This document shows, in pieces, positions 26,045-32,000 of a stretch of 32,000 bases of DNA. Made by a program: the position numbers and the translations under genes. A model generated the notes under the pieces. The model saw only the letters and a program-made list of their open reading frames with translations. It was not told the origin of the DNA and did no database searches. This DNA is from Candidatus Electronema aureum (GTDB taxonomy: Bacteria; Desulfobacterota; Desulfobulbia; Desulfobulbales; Desulfobulbaceae): the NCBI GenBank assembly GCA_004284765.1, contig NQJD01000001.1:120001-152000 (forward strand), in the 5' to 3' direction. How positions within the stretch are numbered: the stretch's first letter is position 1; each line of letters opens with the position of its first letter.

Positions 26045-26787
26045 ATTCAAGTTCCAAGTGCAACCGTTAAGTAGTCTCGCCAAAATAGCTCTTTTGGTGT
26101 TTTAAATCCAAGAGATTTTCGAGGCCTGTTGTTGAGCTTTTCCATAATAGCTTTGACATCCTGTGTGTCCAGCGTGTCAAAGCTCGCTCCTTTTGGGAGG
26201 TATTGTCGTATAAGTCCGTTCGTATTTTCGTTGAGCCGCGCGTTGCCAAGCCTGATACGGATGCGCGAAGAAGCAGTCTGCCTGAAGAGTGCTTGCGAAC
26301 TCCTGATGCAAGGCAAATTCCTTGCCGTTGTCGCAGGTTAGGGTATGAACTTGGTCTTGGCAGGGAAGAAGGGCTTGGACAAGTGCCTGTTTGACGCTAT
26401 CTGCCCGTTTATCCGGGGCAAGAGCGATAACTCGCGTCTTCCGTTCAGCCAAGGTGACAAGAACAGCTCCTCCCCGACGACCGATCACCGTATCCACCTC
26501 CCAATCACCAATCCGAGAACGTTCTTCAACGATGCTGGGGCGATGATCTATCGAGACCCGTGCCCCGTCGGTCAGTGCTGCCTCTGTGTCGGCCAAGCTG
26601 CAAGGCTACGGCTGATTTCTGATGTCCTGCTTGCTTTAAGGCGTAAATTTGGTTACGTTCTGCTTTGGTGAGTTGTGTGTAGTTTTTCATCCATGCTCCT
26701 CTTGCTTGGTCGTGAGAATTGAGCCATCAGCCTACCACAACTCACTCTTTTCTCAACCCAGCAAAAGTTACACTTACAAGTTGAATT
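26045..26787 (-). mobile_element. Decayed IS30-family insertion sequence (internal deletion plus frameshift in the transposase)
   Basis: Terminal inverted repeats AATTCAAGTTCCAAGTGCAAC... (left) versus the complement of ...GTTACACTTACAAGTTGAATT (right) match at about 20 of 28 positions. The transposase starts at ATG 26690 after AGGAG (MKNYTQLTKAERNQIYALKQAGHQKSAVALQLG, the HTH). It jumps to the DDE core (IDHRPSIVEERSRIGDWEVDTVIG...TCDNGKEFALH...FAHPYQAW). It then shifts frame for the conserved tail (NENTNGLIRQYLPKG...LNNRPRKSLGFKTPKELF). At about 740 bp it is shorter than an intact IS30 member. Confidence 0.8.
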
Positions 26788-26813
26788 AACCAAGCAAAAA
26801 ACAAGGAGCAATC

Positions 26814-26987
26814 ATGGTGGCAACAAAGTGCAAGACATGCAATGGAGAGGGTGCAGTTAAGTGTCCAAAATGCAAAGGAAGGGGAGAATATACCCCTCAC
26901 GTGTTCGCTCAGTCAAAAAAATGCGATAACTGCGGTGGTTCTGGGCTACTGAAATGTCCTGTCTGCAAGGGGAAGGGGACTGTTTAA
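26814..26987 (+). CDS. Stand-alone DnaJ-type cysteine-rich zinc-finger protein (57 aa, four CxxCxGxG motifs), not in the ORF track
   Basis: The ATG at 26814 lies 5 nt after AAGGAG. Translation: MVATKCKTCNGEGAVKCPKCKGRGEYTPHVFAQSKKCDNCGGSGLLKCPVCKGKGTV. The four CxxCxGxG repeats have the nested spacing of the DnaJ zinc-binding domain. Confidence 0.7.
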   Translation: MVATKCKTCNGEGAVKCPKCKGRGEYTPHVFAQSKKCDNCGGSGLLKCPVCKGKGTV

Positions 26988-26993
26988 CACAGT

Positions 26994-27092
26994 TAGGAGT
27001 TACGCAGTCGAAATCAGAAATTTATTTATTACAAGAAGTTATTTTTTGTCGCATAAATCGCCAGTTGAACAAAATCAACTGCGTAACTCCTA
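26994..27092 (+). promoter_or_regulatory. Long intergenic inverted repeat with a competing inner hairpin, between the zinc-finger and J-domain genes
   Basis: The 15-nt perfect arms are TAGGAGTTACGCAGT (26994..27008) and ACTGCGTAACTCCTA (27078..27092). The inner hairpin CAGTTGA (27062..27068) / TCAACTG (27075..27081) overlaps the right arm. Confidence 0.4.
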
Positions 27093-27113
27093 CAGTATTG
27101 AGAAAAAATAAAA

Positions 27114-28319
27114 ATGGAAGTAGGTGGAATTCTTTTTGTTGCGATGTTGATCGCAATTGGACTTGATTTTCTGTCTGAAGTTCTACCGGGATTGTTTGGT
27201 TTGCTGCCCCAAGCATTTTCGGCCAGCGCACCTGCTTGGGGGACAGCAGGTGCGCTAACGGCTATCGGTTTGTGTTTACACCACATTATAAAGGAGCTTG
27301 ATCTTGATTCACGATTGCGAAATATAATGACGGTAAGATATGATGGGAAAAAATTGAATTTATCGATCAATAGTGACGCACTAAAATCATACAGTGAATC
27401 TTACGCTATTGAAAAAAGGGTAATAATTACATTATGCGGAATTTTATATCTTATCATATTTGTTGTTTGTGCAAAAAATGAGGATTTTTCTCATATGGTT
27501 TTTTATGGAAGCAAAAAAGAATCCAATGTTTCGGATTGCGGCGGTATTTTGGTTAGCTTTCTTTTGTCATTTTTCTTGATAGATTCTATCTGGTGCATAC
27601 TTTCTTTGTTCAAAGGAGAACCTGAGCAAAAAATAAGAGACAGAGCTGATACGCTAATAAGTCAAGCAAACACTTCATTAGAAAGGACTCATGAGCTTGA
27701 TCCTTTGGAAGAATCTATAAAATCTATCAATGCCAAATTAGGAACTTGTTTTCCTGTTGATTTTAAATCAGAGATTCAACAGTTCGTTGATGCTCACAAG
27801 CAAGAGCTACTTTCAGACGTTACTCGCCTGAATAATTTAATTTCAGAGATTATCAAGAGAGCGAAAGAGGATTTTGCGCAGCTTGAAAAGGCAGATAATC
27901 TGTATGATCTTGTGAAAAAATTCTATACAGAAACAGTGCGAGAGGTCAACAGGTCAGGAAGCAGTCCAGCCCTGCTGACGCACTTGGATTACATTTATAC
28001 TTATCTGCATTCTGAGAATTTGAAAGATGTTCTCCAACAAAAGAAATGGAATGATTTTCATGAAATTGTTAACGAAATCCTGAAGGAATTGACTGAAGTC
28101 AAAGAGGCGGCGGTTGAAATTCTCCCGCCTGAAGAAACCGAGGAAGAAAAAGCCTGCCGCATTTTAGGAGTTCCTCTCAATGCAAGTGTCGATCAAATCA
28201 AGAGAATGTATAAAGCGTTGGCCGCAGTCTGGCATCCTGACAGCAACACTGTCAAAGACGACACCCGGATGAAAGAAATCAACTGGGCAAACGATGTTCT
28301 GATGAAATTGCGCAACTAA
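27114..28319 (+). CDS. Polytopic membrane protein with a coiled-coil middle region and a C-terminal J domain (HPD)
   Basis: 401 aa. There are about four hydrophobic helices in residues 1-170 (GGILFVAMLIAIGLDFL, GALTAIGLCLHHII, VIITLCGILYLIIFVVCA, ILVSFLLSFFLIDSIWCILSLF). The helical, charged segment is followed by the C-terminal ACRILGVPLNASVDQIKRMYKALAAVWHPDSN..RMKEINWANDVLMK. That corresponds to J-domain helices I-III with an intact HPD. Confidence 0.75.
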   Translation: MEVGGILFVAMLIAIGLDFLSEVLPGLFGLLPQAFSASAPAWGTAGALTAIGLCLHHIIKELDLDSRLRNIMTVRYDGKKLNLSINSDALKSYSESYAIEKRVIITLCGILYLIIFVVCAKNEDFSHMVFYGSKKESNVSDCGGILVSFLLSFFLIDSIWCILSLFKGEPEQKIRDRADTLISQANTSLERTHELDPLEESIKSINAKLGTCFPVDFKSEIQQFVDAHKQELLSDVTRLNNLISEIIKRAKEDFAQLEKADNLYDLVKKFYTETVREVNRSGSSPALLTHLDYIYTYLHSENLKDVLQQKKWNDFHEIVNEILKELTEVKEAAVEILPPEETEEEKACRILGVPLNASVDQIKRMYKALAAVWHPDSNTVKDDTRMKEINWANDVLMKLRN

Positions 28320-28335
28320 ATCAAGAGAAAGCACT

Positions 28336-28974
28336 ATGAGCAACAACAAGAACAGCATCATCCGTCCAAGTGGACAGAGCATTGCTGCAAAATTCGGACA
28401 GAAAGATTGGGTCAAAAAACTTGAAGCGGCTTCAGGTAAGCCAATAATTCCAGCAAAGCCATTTTTCGGCGGCACAGTCTATCTTGTCATAGATTGCTCA
28501 ATAAGCATGGGGGGCGGCAAGTTGCATCAGGCCCAAAGAGGTGCTTCCGGCTTTGCCGTTGAGTCGCAACGGAAAGGATATTCGCTCGGCTTGATCCAAT
28601 TTTCCTCTTATGCCGAACAGATTTCCGAGCCGCAGAAAGAAATTGCGCGAATTAATGCTGATCTTGAAAAAATGCGGACAAGCGGCTCGACCAACATGGC
28701 TGCGGCTTTCAGTTTGGCGACAGAAAAACTTACTGACCGCAGCGGAGAAAAGATCATCTGCCTTGTGACCGATGGAATGCCGGATGACCGAAATGCCGCA
28801 CTTGCTGCCGCAAACCGGGCCAAACAGGCTGGAATTGACATCATGACCATCGGCACGGATGATGCCGACAGGGAATTTCTCGAACAGCTCGCAACGAGAA
28901 AGGAGCTTTCGGCGAAAGTATCCAGAGAGTATCTTGAGCAAGGGATTATTTCAATGGCAAGACTGTTGCCTTGA
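28336..28974 (+). CDS. von Willebrand factor type A (vWA) domain protein with a complete MIDAS motif
   Basis: 212 aa, starting 16 nt after the J-domain gene. It has VYLVIDCSISMGG (DxSxS), SGSTNMAAA (Thr), ICLVTDGMPDD (Asp) and an alternating beta/alpha pattern. No signal peptide is present. Confidence 0.8.
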   Translation: MSNNKNSIIRPSGQSIAAKFGQKDWVKKLEAASGKPIIPAKPFFGGTVYLVIDCSISMGGGKLHQAQRGASGFAVESQRKGYSLGLIQFSSYAEQISEPQKEIARINADLEKMRTSGSTNMAAAFSLATEKLTDRSGEKIICLVTDGMPDDRNAALAAANRAKQAGIDIMTIGTDDADREFLEQLATRKELSAKVSREYLEQGIISMARLLP

Positions 28975-29030
28975 ATTTATCTTTGCATCCATCCGTACGG
29001 AATAATATAATTTTGCGTGATGTTAAACAC

Positions 29031-29798
29031 ATGGCAGAGACAAAAAACATCTCTCTCACCCTCAAGGTTTGGCGGCAGGCCGGGCCGCAGGCGGAAGGCT
29101 CGTTCGAGACACATCGCCTGAACAACCTCAGCACAGATATGTCCTTTTTGGAGATACTGGATATCCTCAACCAGCAGCTGACCTTGGCTGGCCAAGAGCC
29201 AATAGCCTTTGACAGCGACTGCCGCGAGGGCATCTGCGGCAGTTGCGGGGCGGTAGTGGACGGTATTGCGCACGGTCCAGAGCGCGGAGGTACCCTTTGT
29301 CAGCTACACCTACGCCATTTCAAGGATGGTCAGACGGTGTGGATTGAGCCATTTCGGGCTAAGGCTTTTTCGATCATCAAAGACCTGATCGTTAACCGCT
29401 CCGCCTTTGACCGGATCATCCAAGCGGGCGGATTTGTCTCAATCAACACCAGTTCTGCGCCAGAGGCCAACACGGTGCCGGTTTCTCGGCATGTGGCAGA
29501 GCAAGCAATGGACGCGGCAGCCTGCATCGGCTGCGGGGCTTGTGTCGCAGCTTGCCCGAATGCGGCGGCCATGCTCTTTGTTTCCGCCAAGATATCGCAA
29601 CTCGCACTGCTGCCGCAGGGTCAGTCAGAGCGCAAACGCCGCGCCTTGGCGATGGTTGCGGCAATGGACAGGGAAGGCTTTGGCAGCTGCGGCAATCAGC
29701 GCGAATGCGAGCGGGTTTGTCCTAAAGGGATTTCTATTCGGAGTATTGCTCGGATGAACCGGGAGTATCTTGCGGCGGCATTGATTGGTGAAGAATAA
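29031..29798 (+). CDS. Succinate dehydrogenase / fumarate reductase iron-sulfur subunit, with no flavoprotein subunit adjacent
   Basis: The ATG at 29031 gives MAETKNISLTLKVWRQAGPQAEGSFETH.... It carries 2Fe-2S ligands (CREGICGSCG) and CIGCGACVAACP plus CGNQRECERVCP clusters. This is the SdhB/FrdB pattern of the Bacillus/Bacteroides-type enzymes. The track start at 28971 adds 20 unsupported residues. Confidence 0.8.
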   Translation: MAETKNISLTLKVWRQAGPQAEGSFETHRLNNLSTDMSFLEILDILNQQLTLAGQEPIAFDSDCREGICGSCGAVVDGIAHGPERGGTLCQLHLRHFKDGQTVWIEPFRAKAFSIIKDLIVNRSAFDRIIQAGGFVSINTSSAPEANTVPVSRHVAEQAMDAAACIGCGACVAACPNAAAMLFVSAKISQLALLPQGQSERKRRALAMVAAMDREGFGSCGNQRECERVCPKGISIRSIARMNREYLAAALIGEE

Positions 29799-29942
29799 CA
29801 CAGAGGAGAAAAAAAGCTTGGTGCTGCTCGGTCTGCTCTGCGCCTTAGGGCGGGCTGCCGCTGCTGTTTCAGCGTGCTGGCCAGCAGCGACCGGGACTGC
29901 GCTCCCAGCTGCGGGCCGCTGGCAGGGAAGGGAGGACGTATC

Positions 29943-30173
29943 TCACTGGTGAGTTGTTAGGCAACTTACACCTAATGTGCAACTCTTTATAGAGAGCAAC
30001 CAAGCCATCCAAGTCAAGTGGAGGGCGAAATTAAGGAAGACGCAAACAGTATGCGCCAAAATTTTACGAATCAGACGGTGTTGAAAATGCCAACGATCGT
30101 GTACACTAATCTGGTCTGTTTTGAAAAGTCTTGTCAAATGGGAGCCTGCTGGTGTAGTGCAGGTCAATCCCAA
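29943..30173 (-). mobile_element. Transposase C-terminal remnant (IS982-like DDE family)
   Basis: ...SHLTRLFKTDQISVHDRWHFQHRLIRKILAHTVCVFLNF resembles, from memory, the C-terminal block of IS982-type transposases (IET.NSQLT..F.IE..HA...W....R...KL.AHT.C...N). No upstream catalytic region is present. The family assignment is tentative. Confidence 0.4.
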
Positions 30174-30174
30174 C

Positions 30175-32000
30175 CTATTTGTCCGGCGGCAGGACTTCTG
30201 GTAGCGTAATCACCACCCAAGCCCCTTCGCTTTCTTTTCCGTCCATCGTCACGGTGCAGTTCATCTCGGTAAGCATCTTTTTGACGATGGTCAGACCCAG
30301 CCCGGTGCCGTTGATTCGGGTGGTGAAAAAGGGCGTGAAGAGCTGTTTGCGTACCTGCGGGGAGATGCCGCAACCGTTGTCCTGAAAACGAAGTTGAATG
30401 CAATGCGGCTTACTGCGGGCTAACGAAATAATAATAACCGGGCTGATCTGTTTTTTCAGCGCATTGACCGAGTTCGTCAGCAGATTAAGCAGCACCTGAT
30501 GCAGGGCGCGCTCATCAGCCAAACAATGCAGCGCACCTTCAGTCACTAACTCCAGTCGAATGCCTTTGTGCCGCAGGTCTTGCTCGTGCAGCCGTTTGAA
30601 TTTTTGGACAAAGGCGGTCAGATCAAGCGGCGCGGCCTGCTGGTTTTCCATCAGATTAAAATTTTTCAAAGCAGAAAGCAGATACTCCATCCGGTTGATC
30701 TCGCCCATTGAACGGTCAAGAAATTCGCGAATTTTCTCCCGACTCAGGGTGTCCATCTGCCGTCGCAGCACACTGAGAGCCATTTTCAGCGAATTGAGCG
30801 GATTGGCTAACTCGTGCCGAACTCCCGAAAAAACAAAGCCAACATTTTCCATCAAATTAGCCGCAGCCGCGATGCACTCTAACCGTTTTTTCTCGGTTTG
30901 ATCGCGACGAATGACACAAAAGCTGTTCACTTGGCCGTGATCGTCCTTTGTCGGCACTGTTACCACCGATTCATCGTACAGCGAGCCGTCCTTGTGGCGA
31001 CTGCGTAGCTCGCCGTGCCACTGGCCTTTTTGGGCCGCGCTGTCGAGAATCTGCGGCCAGTCTGGTTGCTCTTCGCTGCCGATGATCAGTTCGCTCAGGC
31101 TGTGTCCGGCTAACTCATCAGGCCGCCAGCCCGTGACTGACTGACTGGCAGGGTTGGCATACTGGATCAGACCAGTGCGGTCGGTGATCAGCACACAGTC
31201 GGCAAATTCCCGAATCGCTGCGGCTAACCGTTGCCGTTCCTCCGATTCTTGGCCGCGCTGGAGAGCCGTGCCAATAACATCAGCGGAAATCATCATCGCC
31301 CGTACTAACGAGGCCTCCCAAGAGCGTTTAGCCAAACTACAATCAAAGCCAAGACAACCGCGCACAGTTTTTGCCACATAAACTGGTAGAATCAGACAAG
31401 TACGAATGTGGTGCTTCTCCATTTCTTCCAGCACCGAGGCTGGCAAACCACTGTCCACGCCAATCAACGGCTTGCCAGTTTTCAGCGCGACAGCTGGCTG
31501 TCGCCAAGCGGACAGCAAATCAACACTGGAGCAATCGGGTGGACAGTCCGGTCTTGACCACGAGTAATCCTGCTGTGCCTCCACGCCCTCGGCAAAAATG
31601 CGGAGATAGACATGCTCACAATTGACCGTGCCGCCGAGATAGCTGAGGACTTCGTTGATCACATCTTGCCAGCGTGGTGCTTGAAGAAAGGTTTTGGCTA
31701 CATAATTGACCGCACAGAGGATTTGATCGCGTTGCAGCAAATTGCGCCGCACCTGCTCTTGCATGATCAGCGATTCCTTCAGTCGCTCGTTCGTCAGAGC
31801 TAAATCGCGGGCTTGCTGCGCTAATTTCTCATTGGCTGATTTGCGCTCTAAGACATTCCGCACCCGGACACAAAGTCGCTCCCGGCTGATCGGCTTGCGG
31901 AGAAAATCTGCGGCACCTGCGCCGAAGCTGCGGAATTCGCTCTCGTCCTGTTCTGCTCCGGTGAGAAAAATCACCGGAATTCCCAAGGTGTCGGCATCGG
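30175..32000 (-). CDS. Hybrid sensor histidine kinase (REC-coiled coil-GAF-PAS-HisKA-HATPase_c); the 5' end lies beyond the right edge
   Basis: The frame is open to the window edge (...DADTLGIPVIFLTGAEQDE...FLRKPI is the end of a receiver domain). A GAF-like region and PAS follow (ITDRTGLIQYANPASQSVTGWRPDELAGHSL). The H-box is FSGVRHELANPLNSL, with N/G boxes LLNLLTNSVNAL, QDNGCGI and GTGLGL. Confidence 0.85.
   Translation of the reverse strand, partial: DADTLGIPVIFLTGAEQDESEFRSFGAGAADFLRKPISRERLCVRVRNVLERKSANEKLAQQARDLALTNERLKESLIMQEQVRRNLLQRDQILCAVNYVAKTFLQAPRWQDVINEVLSYLGGTVNCEHVYLRIFAEGVEAQQDYSWSRPDCPPDCSSVDLLSAWRQPAVALKTGKPLIGVDSGLPASVLEEMEKHHIRTCLILPVYVAKTVRGCLGFDCSLAKRSWEASLVRAMMISADVIGTALQRGQESEERQRLAAAIREFADCVLITDRTGLIQYANPASQSVTGWRPDELAGHSLSELIIGSEEQPDWPQILDSAAQKGQWHGELRSRHKDGSLYDESVVTVPTKDDHGQVNSFCVIRRDQTEKKRLECIAAAANLMENVGFVFSGVRHELANPLNSLKMALSVLRRQMDTLSREKIREFLDRSMGEINRMEYLLSALKNFNLMENQQAAPLDLTAFVQKFKRLHEQDLRHKGIRLELVTEGALHCLADERALHQVLLNLLTNSVNALKKQISPVIIISLARSKPHCIQLRFQDNGCGISPQVRKQLFTPFFTTRINGTGLGLTIVKKMLTEMNCTVTMDGKESEGAWVVITLPEVLPPDK

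Noticed and set aside
25712-26083. 123-aa minus-strand ORF opposite the 25766 gene
   Set aside because: It begins inside the IS30 terminal repeat and lacks a promoter or RBS. The plus-strand ORF has a near-consensus promoter, an SD and host-like third-position GC bias.
27022-27370. Minus-strand ORFs (69 and 113 aa) over the intergenic hairpin and the J-domain gene start
   Set aside because: They lie antisense in AT-rich DNA and have no RBS. The plus-strand gene has coherent TM, coiled-coil and J-domain architecture.
27114-28319. Possibility that the J-domain membrane protein is simply DjlA
   Set aside because: DjlA has a single N-terminal TM segment and a TerB-like central domain. This protein has about four TM helices and a different middle region, and it sits with zinc-finger and vWA genes. 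A distant relationship cannot be excluded without profile searches.
29804-29948. Possible ~45-codon ORF after frdB (GAGGAG then TTG/GTG, hydrophobic LLGLLCALG start)
   Set aside because: It has a non-ATG start with awkward spacing and a GC-rich Ala/Gly/Arg low-complexity translation, and I recognise no motif. Support is insufficient.

Overview
This is a chromosomal segment from a moderately GC-rich diderm bacterium; I cannot assign taxonomy from the sequence alone. The housekeeping backbone is alaS' (5' end only), an isochorismatase-family hydrolase, tamB-tamA, lon, tRNA-Val/tRNA-Asp, tRNA-Leu, pcnB, an NMO/FabK-like oxidoreductase, hisS, ispG, aspS, a lone frdB/sdhB and a REC-GAF-PAS histidine kinase that runs off the right edge. 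Four accessory or decayed patches interrupt it. (1) 9.8-10.3 kb holds a phosphoglucomutase N-terminal fragment fused in frame to an IS110-family transposase C-terminal remnant, ending directly against lon. (2) 13.0-15.2 kb lies between convergent tRNA genes. It holds a tyrosine integrase, a UvrD-like helicase C-terminal remnant, an internally deleted IS200/IS605 mini-element and a second, truncated integrase. (3) 20.56-23.57 kb is an AT-rich islet between ispG and aspS, flanked by imperfect direct repeats. It carries a UPF0175/DUF3368(PIN) toxin-antitoxin pair, a frameshifted DUF2442 gene and a GmrSD-like DUF262/DUF1524 type IV restriction enzyme. (4) 25.4-30.2 kb contains a decayed IS30 copy, an IS982-like remnant and the most interesting item. 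That item is a three-gene cassette: a stand-alone 57-aa DnaJ-type 4x CxxCxGxG zinc finger (absent from the ORF track), a roughly 4-TM coiled-coil protein with a C-terminal J domain (HPD intact), and a vWA/MIDAS protein. I know of no named system with this composition and flag it as the best candidate for an undescribed Hsp70-recruiting membrane or conflict system. All functional calls rest on my own reading of motifs in the translations; no database search was possible.
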